54,855 bases of DNA from Gemmatimonadales bacterium. GTDB lineage: Bacteria; Gemmatimonadota; Gemmatimonadetes; Gemmatimonadales; GWC2-71-9. The stretch lies in assembly GCA_013813875.1 (NCBI GenBank), contig JACCQZ010000065.1:1-54855 (forward strand), read 5' to 3'. Shown here in pieces: positions 18,813-30,673 of the stretch. Numbering within the stretch: position 1 is the first letter of the stretch; every line of letters starts with the position of its first letter. A program made the translations under genes and the position numbers. The notes beneath the pieces are model-generated. The model saw nothing but the letters and a program-made list of their open reading frames with translations, was not told where the DNA came from and ran no database searches.

Positions 18813-20024
18813 TCAGGAGAGCGTGGTGAGAAACTCGCGCAGCGCTCTGGTGGTGTCCGCGGGGCGCTCGAGTGGCGGCAGGTGGCCGGCGCCGGGCACC
18901 ACCACGAGCCGCGCGTCCGGGATCGCCCCGGCTATGGCGCGGGCCTGCTCGGGCGGCGTGAGCTCGTCGTGCTCGCCGACGAGTACCAGCGTCGGCAGGT
19001 CGGTCAACGTGGCCAGGAGGGGAGTGCTGTCCGGGCGGTCGCGCATGGCGGCGAGCGCGCCGACTACGCCGGCCACCGGAGTGGCAGCCATGACCGTCCG
19101 CACCCGCTCGGCGATCTCCGGCGAGTGGGCCCTGGTCCCGGCGGCCAGGACCTGGGACAGCATCGCGCCGGCGATCGCTTCGGCGCCGCGCTCGCGGGCG
19201 ATGGCAGCCTCGGCATCACGCGCCCGCTTGCCCTCGGCGGTATCGGGGCCGGCGCGGGTATCCATCAGCACCAGCCCCCGCACCCTCCCCGGCCAGCGCC
19301 GCAGAAACTCGAAGGCGACGTAGCCCCCCATGGACAACCCGCATAGGATCACCTGATTCACCCCCAACGTGTCGAGCAGCGCGGCGAGATCGGCGGCGTA
19401 CATCGCCATGCTGTAGCCCAAATCGGGAGCGTCGGATTGGCCCATTCCCCTGAGATCGGGGGCGATCCGGCGGAATCCCTCGAGCGAGGCTACCTGGTGA
19501 GCCCAGATGGTACGGTCCAGCGGGTAGCCGTGGACGAACAGCACCGCTGGGCCCTCGCCCCGGACATCTACCGCGAGATTCACCCCGTTCACCGTGAGCC
19601 GGAGCGTGCCGGGATCGGCGCTCCGGCGCGCGTTCATGTACTCGCTGAACTCCGCGGGTACCGGCACCGGCCGGCCGTCCCGGCCGATGCAGACGAAGAC
19701 GAACTCCGCCGTAGCGATGAGCACGTCGTCCCGCACCCGGCGGGCGGTCTGCCGCATGGTGAAGCTGGTGCGGCCGAGGTGGGTAAGGCCCTGGTGGAAC
19801 CGAAGCACGTCGCCCGGAAAGGCGGCGGCGTGGTAGTCTATCACCGTCTTTCGCACCGCGGGCCAGGCGCCGGCCCGGGTAAACACATCCATCCCCGGAC
19901 CCCGAACCAGCGTCTCCCACCGCGCCCGCTCGAAGAGGCTCAGGAAGGAGGCCTGATTGAGATGCCCGAACGCGTCGCACTCGTCGGGGTAGACGGTTAG
20001 GTCAATCTCGGGGTGGGGGGGCAT
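18813..20024 (-). CDS. Fusion protein: acyl-CoA thioesterase (4HBT/YbgC-like hotdog) N-domain plus alpha/beta hydrolase C-domain
   Basis: 403 aa. N-terminal DECDAFGHLNQASFLSLFERARWE.. is the hotdog thioesterase pattern. The C-terminal part has VLFVHGYPLD..GLSMGGYVAFEF (GxSxG)..GAGHLPPLERP. Confidence 0.75.
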   Translation of the reverse strand: MPPHPEIDLTVYPDECDAFGHLNQASFLSLFERARWETLVRGPGMDVFTRAGAWPAVRKTVIDYHAAAFPGDVLRFHQGLTHLGRTSFTMRQTARRVRDDVLIATAEFVFVCIGRDGRPVPVPAEFSEYMNARRSADPGTLRLTVNGVNLAVDVRGEGPAVLFVHGYPLDRTIWAHQVASLEGFRRIAPDLRGMGQSDAPDLGYSMAMYAADLAALLDTLGVNQVILCGLSMGGYVAFEFLRRWPGRVRGLVLMDTRAGPDTAEGKRARDAEAAIARERGAEAIAGAMLSQVLAAGTRAHSPEIAERVRTVMAATPVAGVVGALAAMRDRPDSTPLLATLTDLPTLVLVGEHDELTPPEQARAIAGAIPDARLVVVPGAGHLPPLERPADTTRALREFLTTLS

Positions 20025-20028
20025 GGTG

Positions 20029-20147
20029 GGCTATCGGCGATCGGCTGGATAACGAAGGTTGTTCACCGGAAGTAGATATACTATACCCTGTCTTTCCCGG
20101 TCAGCCCCGGCCGATAGCTGATAGCCGATAGCCCACAGCCCTAGCCC
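20029..20147. repeat. Heptamer-array hairpin E, unit GGCTATC / GATAGCC, paralog of D
   Basis: Left: GGCTATC GGCGATC GGCTGGA (20029-20049). A ~63-nt AT-richer spacer follows. Right: GATAGCT GATAGCC GATAGCC CACAGCC (20113-20140). Right-arm core is CGGCCGATAGCTGAYAGCCGATAGCC (Y = C in D, T in E), identical in D and E at all other positions. Confidence 0.85.
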
Positions 20148-20157
20148 ATAACCACCC

Positions 20158-20328
20158 ATGCCCCCCTCCACCGACTACATCCGCCACGCCGCCCGCCTCG
20201 CGCGCAAGCTTCAGATGGACGCGGCGATGGGAGGTACGCCGCAGCCCGATGCCGACTTTTACAAGGCGCTCTCGAAGGCGTTCGACGAGATCGCGGCTGG
20301 GTTGGAGCTGGTCGCCAAGGCCGAGTGA
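20158..20328 (+). CDS. Small hypothetical protein (56 aa), translationally coupled to RNase D
   Basis: Below the 60-aa cut-off of the ORF track. MPPSTDYIRHAARLARKLQMDAAMGGTPQPDADFYKALSKAFDEIAAGLELVAKAE*. 50 of 56 codons end in G/C. The stop overlaps the rnd GTG start (GTGA). No obvious SD. Confidence 0.5.
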   Translation: MPPSTDYIRHAARLARKLQMDAAMGGTPQPDADFYKALSKAFDEIAAGLELVAKAE

Positions 20329-21488
20329 CCGGGGTGCGACTGATCCAGACGGCGGGCGAGCTGCAGGAGCTGCTGGAGCGCTTTGCCGGCGAGCCGCTGC
20401 TGGCGGTTGATACCGAGGCGGCCAGCTTCCACCGGTACCACGACCGCATCTATCTGCTGCAGATCTCCTCCCGCATCGAGACTGCGGTGGTGGATCCGCT
20501 CGCCGTGGGCACGCTGGCACCCTTGGGCGCGGCGCTGGCCGATCCCGCCATCGAGATCGTTTTCCACGATGCCGACTACGACCTTCGCCTGCTCGACCGG
20601 GAGTACGGGTTTCGCGCGGCCAATCTGTTCGACACCAGGATCGCCGCGCAGCTGCTGAGTGAGCCTGGGGTGGGGCTGGCGGCGCTGCTGGAGAAATATT
20701 TCGGGCTGCGACTCGACAAGCGCTATCAGCGCGCCGACTGGTCGGCACGGCCGCTCTCTCCTGAGATGCTGGAGTACGCCGCCACCGACACCAGGCACCT
20801 GCCCGAGCTTCGCGACATCCTGCGCGACCAGCTGCGCGACCGCGGCCGGTTGGACTGGGCCGAAGAGGAGTTCGGGCTGCTGAACCTGATCCGGGGCACC
20901 GCCCCGGACGGCGCCGGTCCCGGATATCTGCGGATCAAGGGAGCCAAGGCGTTGCGTGGGCGAGAGCTCGCGGTGCTGCGCGAGTTGTACGAGTGGCGGG
21001 AAGGAGTGGCCCGGCAGGCCGACAAGGCGACGTTCCGCATCCTCAACAACGAGCCGATGCTCGCGATGGCGCGCAACCCGCCGGCCGACGTCGCGGCGCT
21101 CCGAGCGATCCCCGGCATCAGCGCCGATCAGGCGGCGCGGCGGGGCCGGGAGATTCTAGCCGCGGTACAGCGCGCGCTCAAGCTGCCCGAGAGCCAGCTG
21201 CCTCGCATCGAGCGCCCGCCGCGACGCGCGCTGGACCTGGCGTACGAAGCCCGGCTGGAGCGGCTGAAGGCGGCGCGCAACCAGATCGCGCTCCGCTACG
21301 AGCTGCCCCCCGGTGTGCTCTGTCCCAACGGCACGCTGGAAGCTATCGCCCGCGCCAACCCCACCACACTGGAGCAGCTCGCGCAGATCCCCGATCTCCG
21401 TCGGTGGCAGCTTCGAGAAATCGGTGGCGACCTCCTGGCTCAACTGGCGGCGTCATCCACCCCCGACGGCGGAGCCGGCGCGCCTTAG
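20325..21488 (+). CDS. rnd: Ribonuclease D (DEDD 3'-5' exonuclease plus HRDC domain)
   Basis: 387 aa. LAVDTEAASFHRYHDRIYLLQIS, FHDADYDLRLL, YAATDTRHL, and an HRDC-like C-terminal region. Confidence 0.85.
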   Translation: MTGVRLIQTAGELQELLERFAGEPLLAVDTEAASFHRYHDRIYLLQISSRIETAVVDPLAVGTLAPLGAALADPAIEIVFHDADYDLRLLDREYGFRAANLFDTRIAAQLLSEPGVGLAALLEKYFGLRLDKRYQRADWSARPLSPEMLEYAATDTRHLPELRDILRDQLRDRGRLDWAEEEFGLLNLIRGTAPDGAGPGYLRIKGAKALRGRELAVLRELYEWREGVARQADKATFRILNNEPMLAMARNPPADVAALRAIPGISADQAARRGREILAAVQRALKLPESQLPRIERPPRRALDLAYEARLERLKAARNQIALRYELPPGVLCPNGTLEAIARANPTTLEQLAQIPDLRRWQLREIGGDLLAQLAASSTPDGGAGAP

Positions 21489-21784
21489 AATCCCAGGAAC
21501 GCCCGCACTCTGGGGTCCATCTTCTCCGGTGTCCAGTACGGATCCCACACCAGCTCCACCTCCACGCTCTGCACCCCTTCGAGGTCGTTGACCACCCGCT
21601 TCACGTCGTCAATGATCTCCGTCCCTGCTGGGCAGCCCGGTGAGGTGAGAGTCATGCGGACATGGACATTCCCCGCTTCGCTCGCGTCGACGTCGTACAC
21701 CAGGCCGATGTCGATGATGTTGAGGTTCAGCTCGGGGTCTTTCACGGCGCGGAGCGCCTTGCGGACACTGTCTGAAGTAAGCAT
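21485..21784 (-). CDS. DUF59/MIP18 family Fe-S assembly factor (SufT-like)
   Basis: 99 aa. VKDPELNLNIIDIGLVYDV...MTLTSPGCPAG.. is the classic DUF59 motif. Confidence 0.8.
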   Translation of the reverse strand: MLTSDSVRKALRAVKDPELNLNIIDIGLVYDVDASEAGNVHVRMTLTSPGCPAGTEIIDDVKRVVNDLEGVQSVEVELVWDPYWTPEKMDPRVRAFLGF

Positions 21785-21851
21785 GGCACGCTGAGGCTAT
21801 GGGCCGGGGCTACGGGGTCACTTGGAAGCTAACAGCTTTCCCCGGTCCGGC

Positions 21852-23033
21852 TCAGCAGCGCGAGACCAACTGCTGCGCGCACCCGTGAGGCACCAGGCGG
21901 ATGGCGGCATCGGAGAGCTCGGTGCGCACCACCTTGAGCTCCTTGAGCGAGTCCCGCGCTCTCGGGTCGAAGACCCGGTTGGTGAGGAATACCAGAAAGA
22001 GATCGTGGGTCGGATCAACCCACAGCTCGGTGCCGGTAAAGCCGGTGTGCCCGTATGCCGCCTTGCTGATCAGGGTGCCGAAGATGCTGGGCTCTTCACC
22101 ATCCAGCTCCGGAGTGTCCCAGCCGAGCAGGCGGGATCCGCTGTTGGGCGTCTTGGTGAGAAAGAGTTCCATCGTCGCCGGACTCACCCACTGGCCGCCG
22201 GGACCGGCCCCACCCCTCAGCCATACCTGAGCGTAGCGCGCCAGATCCATTCCGGTGGAAAAGACCCCGGCATGTCCGGCCACACCCCCGAGAACGGTGG
22301 CGTTCTGGTCGTAGACTTCGCCCGGCACCGGTTGGCCCCGCCATATCCCGCTGGGCACGATTCGCCGGCGCAGCTTGGCGACCGGGTTGTACATGGTCTG
22401 CCGCATGTTCAGCGGCTGGAAGACCTCCGCCGCCGCGAAGCGGTCGAGCGGCTTGCCCGCGACCCTCTCGATGATGAGGCCCAGGAAGAGCGCGTTGAGA
22501 TCGCTGTACTCGGCCGATTGGCCCGGCGCGCGCACCAGCGGCTGCGCGTACAGGAGTGAGATGGCTCGTTCCCGGCTTCGGCGCGCGCGCTGGTAGATGG
22601 GAACATAGCTCTTGAGTCCGCTGGTGTGATCCAGCAGCATCCGCACGGTGACCAGATTCTTGGGCCCGCCGGAGAAGCGAGGCAGATAGCGGCGCACCGG
22701 CGCGTCCAGCGTAAGGCGGCCGGCATCCACCAACCGCATCGCCGCGCTGGTGGTGCTCACCACCTTGGTGATCGAGGCGATGTCCCACAGGGTGGAGTCG
22801 GGATCGGGCACCGTGGACCTGGGGCTCCAGGTGAAGTGGCCGTATCCGCGAGTGTAGAGGATGGAGTCCCGGCGGCCGATCACGACGACGGCTCCCGGGT
22901 AAACCCCCTGCGCTATCCCCTGGCGAACCGCCGCGTCCACCTCGGCAAACGACTGAGCCCCCGCGGGGGCGCTACAGAGGGTCATGGCGAGCACGCCCAG
23001 AAGCCTGCCGCAGCGGATCGGCACATTCATCAA
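21852..23033 (-). CDS. Serine hydrolase, beta-lactamase class C / PBP4-like family, secreted
   Basis: 393 aa with a signal peptide. Contains the ASITKVV (SxxK) motif and ..GHTGFTGTELWVDP... The start overlaps the matrixin stop. Confidence 0.75.
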   Translation of the reverse strand: MMNVPIRCGRLLGVLAMTLCSAPAGAQSFAEVDAAVRQGIAQGVYPGAVVVIGRRDSILYTRGYGHFTWSPRSTVPDPDSTLWDIASITKVVSTTSAAMRLVDAGRLTLDAPVRRYLPRFSGGPKNLVTVRMLLDHTSGLKSYVPIYQRARRSRERAISLLYAQPLVRAPGQSAEYSDLNALFLGLIIERVAGKPLDRFAAAEVFQPLNMRQTMYNPVAKLRRRIVPSGIWRGQPVPGEVYDQNATVLGGVAGHAGVFSTGMDLARYAQVWLRGGAGPGGQWVSPATMELFLTKTPNSGSRLLGWDTPELDGEEPSIFGTLISKAAYGHTGFTGTELWVDPTHDLFLVFLTNRVFDPRARDSLKELKVVRTELSDAAIRLVPHGCAQQLVSRC

Positions 23034-23842
23034 GATCCCCCGCGCACCGGGCCGGGGGGAAGCCGGTAGAGTACAGCCACCGTGCGGCGGTCCCGCTCGC
23101 TGAGCGCCCCGGTACGCGTGGCTGGGAACATCACGTCGTTGGAGTCGGCCGAGTGAGGCAGGCCGAGGGCGTGTCCCGCTTCGTGCACCGCCACGGACAG
23201 AAGCGCGGCATCGGGCAGGACAGCCCCGTGGTGGCTTCGGAGGGCGAGCGAAATAGAAGCCCGGCGCACCCGCCCCGACTGGTCCCAGGTCAGGTCGGTC
23301 TGCCCGGCGCGATCAAAGCCGAAGTTGTCGATCCAGCGCACCACTATGTCGGCCTCGCTGGTGTCCGATACCCACAGAAAGCGCAAGCCGATGCCGGTCT
23401 GCTCCCACTGGTCCATCGCCTGGCGGACAAACCCTGCCATTCTGGGCAAATAGCCCGGCGCGCCGCCTTCCACGATATGGACCCGAATCGGGGCCCCCGA
23501 ACGGTCCGGCCAGCGGCGTACGACGGAATCGGTGCTGATGATGAGCGAGTCCAGGTAGGTTGCGTCGGCCTCTCGGGACAGCTCTCGGCGCGCCGCCTGC
23601 CGGGCCAGCCGGGTCGCGTTGGCGGCGCCCGCCCGAGCGGTGGCCCCAGAGCGTCGGGTGTCATCCGCGTCCGGCTGCAGAGCGGCGGTGCCGGGGCGGG
23701 TGTCATTGGCACCCTGGACCGGACCCTGCTCTCCGTCGTCCCGGCCCAGCCCCTGGGTAGCCTGGTCGGCCAGGACCAGCACGAGCAGGCCCAGCGTCAG
23801 CGGTGGCAGGAGTCGGCGAAGCATACAGCGTAATATTGGCAA
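23030..23842 (-). CDS. Matrixin (M10) family zinc metalloprotease, secreted
   Basis: 270 aa. VAVHEAGHALGLPHSADSNDVM is the HExxHxxGxxH zinc site plus a Met-turn region. N-terminal hydrophobic signal. Confidence 0.8.
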   Translation of the reverse strand: MPILRCMLRRLLPPLTLGLLVLVLADQATQGLGRDDGEQGPVQGANDTRPGTAALQPDADDTRRSGATARAGAANATRLARQAARRELSREADATYLDSLIISTDSVVRRWPDRSGAPIRVHIVEGGAPGYLPRMAGFVRQAMDQWEQTGIGLRFLWVSDTSEADIVVRWIDNFGFDRAGQTDLTWDQSGRVRRASISLALRSHHGAVLPDAALLSVAVHEAGHALGLPHSADSNDVMFPATRTGALSERDRRTVAVLYRLPPGPVRGGS

Positions 23843-23962
23843 ACGCCGCGCCAGGCCGCCAGCGGCGCTGGCGCGGGGCCATCCGGGCGTCTAACATTTG
23901 GCCGCCCGCCTGCCCGCGACCTTCGCGACGGCACCGGAGTCTCGGAGGAGCCACTGAACCTG

Positions 23963-26336
<2,374 letters not shown>

Positions 26337-26340
<4 letters not shown>

Positions 26341-29186
26341 CTCTTCGCATCCAGCCAATTGTCTCCGACGCCGATATCCACCACCAGCGGCACCCGCAGC
26401 TCGACCACGTGCTCCATGTGCGTCCGGACGAGCCGACGCATCGGCTCCAGCTCGGCGGGGGGAACCTCGAAGAGCAGCTCGTCGTGAACCTGCAGCAGCA
26501 TCCGGCCGGCGAGCTCCTGCTCCCTGATGGCGTCGTGAATCCTGATCATGGCGAGCTTGATGAGATCGGCGGCGGAGCCCTGAAGCGGCGAGTTCTGGGC
26601 GTTACGCTCGCCGTACGCGCGCATGTTGAAGTTGCGGTCCCGGATCTCGGGGATGTAGCGGCGCCGCTTGAAGATGGTTTCGACGTAGCCCTGCTGCCGG
26701 GCGAGCTCGATCTGGCGGTCGAGGAAGCCGCGCACCCCGGCGAACCGCTCGAAGTAGCGCGCGATGAACATCTTCGCATCCTCCTGCGAGATGCCCAGCT
26801 GGCGGCTCAGCGCGAACGGACCCTGGCCATAGATGGTGGCGAAGTTGATGGTTTTGGCTCGGCCCCGCATCTCGGGGGTAACCTGATCCACCGGCACGTT
26901 GAAGATGAGGGCCGCGGTCTGGCGGTGGATGTCTCCTCCCTGCAGGAAAGCTTCGATGAACGCCGGGTCACCCGACAGGTGGGCCATCAGCCGCAACTCG
27001 ATCTGCGAGTAGTCGGCCACCAGGAATGACCATCCCCCGCAGGGCACGAAGCCGCGGCGAATCGCCTCGCCGCGGGCGGTGCGCACCGGGATGTTCTGCA
27101 GATTGGGGTCGGAGGAGCTCAATCGGCCGGTGGCGGCCCCGGTCTGGTTGAAGCTGGTGTGGATTCGTCCGGTCCTGCGGTTGACCCGCTCCGGCAAGGT
27201 GTCCACATAGGTGCTCTTGAGCTTTTGCAGCTCGCGGTGCTCCAGAAGGAGTCGGGGCAGCTCATGACCCATCGCGGCGAGCTGGTCGAGCACGTCGGCG
27301 TCGGTGGAAGGGCCGGTCTTGGTCTTCTTGAGCACCGGGAGCTGCTGCTTCTCGAAGAGCACCACGGCGAGCTGGCGGGGGGAGTTGACGTTGAGCTCGC
27401 ATCCCGCCGCCCGGGATATTTCGGCCTCGAGCCGCCGCAAGTCGCCGCCGAGCTCGGACCCCAGGCGGGCAAAAAGCGCGGGGTCAATGCCGATGCCGGT
27501 CCACTCCATGGCCACCAGCGCCCCGACCAGAGGCATCTCGATCTCGCGCAGCAGCGGCTCCATCGCCATCTCGTCGAGCGAGGGCGCGAAGAAGTGGTGC
27601 AGGGCGAGTATGGTGGCGCTATCGGCGCCGCAGTACGCGGCCGCCACCGGGATCGGCACCTCGGCAAAGGGAATCTGGCCCTTTCCCTTCCCCGCCACGT
27701 CCTCGTAGCCCGGCATGGGGCGGCCGAGGTGCTCCAGGCTGAGGGTGTCAATGGCGTGTGATCGGCGCCCGGGATCGAGAACGAAGCTCGCGAGCATCGA
27801 GTCGAACCCTGCACCGGCCAGCTCCACCCCCGCCCCGCGCAGCACCTGCCAGTCGTACTTGAGGTTGTGGCCTGCCTTGGGCACGGCAGGATCGCTGAGC
27901 AGCCGGTAGAGGCAAGCGCAGGCAAAGTCGGTAACCGGCGGCAGGTTCTTCACCGGCGCCGGCGCGGCGAGATCACCGGAAGGCGGCCGGTGCCCGAACG
28001 GCAGGTACCAGACTTCGGTCGGGCTGGCGGCCAGCGAGAGCCCGATGAGCTCGGCGTCGTGCGGCTCGAGCGAGGAGGTCTCGGTATCGAGTGCCACCAA
28101 CGGCGCCAGGCGGAGCCGCTCGGCCAAGGCGGGAAGGTCCTCCGCATCGTCTACGATGGTGACGGCGAGCCCGGGCTGGTCGTCCAGCGCGAGCCAATCG
28201 TCGGCCGAGGCGGGCACGGCCGAGGCGGGCAGCTCGGCTGTCTCCGCGATGGCGCTCTCCGCTACGTCCCCGCTCGCCTGGGCGTCACCCTCACCCAACT
28301 TTCTGGCCAGCGAGTAGAACTCGAGCTCGGACAGGATCCGGATGACCGCTTCCCGATCGGGTTCCTGCAGCCGGAGATCGTTGACGTCGAGCTCCACCGG
28401 CACGTCGCGCTTGATCGTTACCAGCTCGCGGGACAGCCGCGCGTTGTCAGCCTGGGCCAGCAGCGCCTCGCGGCTGCGCTTGGCGGTCAGCTCGGAGGCA
28501 TGGGCCAGAATGCTGTCCAGGTCGCCGTACTCGCTGAGGAGCTTCTGGGCGCCCTTCTCCCCGATTCCTTTGACACCGGGGACATTGTCGGAGGTGTCGC
28601 CCACCAGCGCGAGGAAATCCACTACCTGGCCCGGCGGCACCCCCAGCCGCTCGGAGGCGTTGGATTCGTCCACCCAGGCCTCGTCCACTGCCGCGGGGCC
28701 GCCGCGCCCAGGATTGAGCAGGACGACATTGGGACCGATGAGCTGGTAGAAGTCCTTGTCGCCCGAAACGATCACCGCCCTCAGGCCGCGGGCCGCGCCG
28801 GCGGTGGCCAGGGTGCCGATCACGTCATCGGCCTCATACCCGCGAATGGCGACGAGCGGAATCCGAAACGCCTCGAGTAGCGCGCAGATCCGCTCGACCG
28901 AGCGGTCGAAGTCAGCCTGCAGCTCCTGGTCTAGTTTTTCGCGAGTGGATTTGTACTGCGGATATCGCTCGGTGCGGAAGGAGGTGCCGGCATCGTTGAC
29001 CCAGGCCACGTAGTCCGGCCGGTACTTCTCCCGCAGCCGCAGCAGAAAGTTGACTACGCCCCAGGCCGCCGACGTGTTCTCGCCCTTGGTGGTTCGAAGC
29101 GGGCGGGAGATCATCGCGAAGAAAGCGCGGTAGATCAGCGCATAACCGTCGATGAGGAAGAGCCGGGGAGGGTCGTGGTTGGACAT
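26337..29186 (-). CDS. polA: DNA polymerase I
   Basis: 949 aa. Contains a 5' nuclease domain, a 3'-5' exonuclease domain (VALDTETSSLEP) and a pol domain (..DYSQIELRLMAHLS.., ..LLQVHDELLFEVP..). Confidence 0.95.
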
Positions 29187-29189
29187 CCC

Positions 29190-30524
29190 CTACGACTGTC
29201 TTCGCAACCGCGACAGGACTCGCTCGTATTCCGCCCGCGAGCCGGGCGAGAGCCGCAGGCGGCCAAAGCCGGTCTCGTCCTGGAAATAGATCTCGAGGCG
29301 GTAGCTGAGGTAGGTCCAGCGGACGATGCGGCTGGCGGCGCCGGGTGTGTTCTCCACGCTCTCGTCGGGGGCGCCGAGGTTGATGAGGACTTCACCGCGA
29401 TCGGTGCGCCAGCCGGCGACGCCCTCGTCGGTAAAGCGCTGGTTGGCGGCCTGCACTCGGCTGAAGTACTGGTTGAGGGCTTCGTTTTCCGGCGTGATAT
29501 CGTTGGGATCGGTCTCGGTGTAGAATTCGCGCCAGAGCCGGGCTCGCTCCGCCGGAGGCGCCCGGCGCATCTGGCCCAGGCGGTTGTCGTGTCCGAAGTA
29601 CCGGAGCAGGTCGAGCATCTCCTCGAAATTGGTCACCACCCAGGCCTGGGTGAACGATACCAGAGCCGAGACGCTGCGCTGGTCGGGCTCGTTGCCGACG
29701 GAAACGCGAAGCTCGCCGAGAGATACGCTGTCGGGCGAGAGCCGGATGACCTGACTCTCGACCGGACGCCCGCCGCGAAAGCGGAGCTCATCGCGGAAGA
29801 TGACACGCTGCTGCTCGTCGCGGACCTCGAACGGGATCGTCCTGGCCTCAGTGAAACCGTAGCCCTCGATGTAGGCCAGGAGAGTATCGCTCCCATAGCC
29901 CACGGCGCCGCGAGGGTTGAGCACCAGGGAGAGCGGATCGGCCAGACTCCCCCGCCCTGTCGCCTGATACGCAAGGATCGGCGCCGTGTAGCTGCCGGGC
30001 GCGAACGACGGCGCGATGAAATCGGCCGTGGCGCTGCTCTCCGACGTCGAGGCGGCATCGCGCAGCGCCACCGTCACCGTGTAGGTGCCGGGCAAAACCC
30101 TGAGCACCTGCTGAAAGAGGACGCTCTCGTCGCTGCGCTGGGTCTCCTGAAAGGTGGGAACCCGAACGATCTCCTCGCGGACGAGATCCACCGGTGGGAC
30201 TCCTTCCCGCTGAAAGGAGAGGCTCACCCGGTAGCGCGCGACAAAGACGTTCCCTTCCCGCTGAAACGCCAACGCACGATTCTCCAGCGACAGCCCGAGG
30301 ACGCCGATGACCGAATCGGCGGGCCCGGCGGCAAACGCCACGGTGCCGACGAACGGCAACGGCTCCGCCGCGGCCAGCCGCCCGAGCCGCTGATAGAATT
30401 GGGTGGTATTGAAGACCCGGGTAAGCGTCTCGGCGGGTGTCGGCTCGTCCTGGGTGCCGACCCGTCTCCAGCTGCCGCAGCCAAGGGCGACACTCAGCAG
30501 CAGCACGATCGCGAGCCGATCCAT
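29190..30524 (-). CDS. GWxTD domain-containing lipoprotein
   Basis: 444 aa with an N-terminal lipobox-like signal (LLLSVALGC). Contains ..DEGVAGWRTDRGEVLINLGAPDE.. (the GWxTD motif). It ends 3 nt before the polA start. Confidence 0.75.
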   Translation of the reverse strand: MDRLAIVLLLSVALGCGSWRRVGTQDEPTPAETLTRVFNTTQFYQRLGRLAAAEPLPFVGTVAFAAGPADSVIGVLGLSLENRALAFQREGNVFVARYRVSLSFQREGVPPVDLVREEIVRVPTFQETQRSDESVLFQQVLRVLPGTYTVTVALRDAASTSESSATADFIAPSFAPGSYTAPILAYQATGRGSLADPLSLVLNPRGAVGYGSDTLLAYIEGYGFTEARTIPFEVRDEQQRVIFRDELRFRGGRPVESQVIRLSPDSVSLGELRVSVGNEPDQRSVSALVSFTQAWVVTNFEEMLDLLRYFGHDNRLGQMRRAPPAERARLWREFYTETDPNDITPENEALNQYFSRVQAANQRFTDEGVAGWRTDRGEVLINLGAPDESVENTPGAASRIVRWTYLSYRLEIYFQDETGFGRLRLSPGSRAEYERVLSRLRRQS

Positions 30525-30673
30525 CGGGCACTCCCGGCAGAGCCGTATGAGCCCGCAGGATTGCGGGTGGGCGAAGGTTAGTGGCGGCGGTCAAGAGGCG
30601 TCAAGCATCGGCGGCCTTTGGGAAAAGGGTCCAACTTGCTGCCTGTTGAGATTTTAACTAGCTTGGCGGACCC

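Noticed and set aside
23846-23876. GC-rich palindrome CCGCGCCAG...CTGGCGCGG upstream of the matrixin gene, as a possible regulatory hairpin.
   Set aside because: It is a 9-bp stem in a very GC-rich context, in a divergent promoter region and without a repeat copy. It is not distinguishable from chance.
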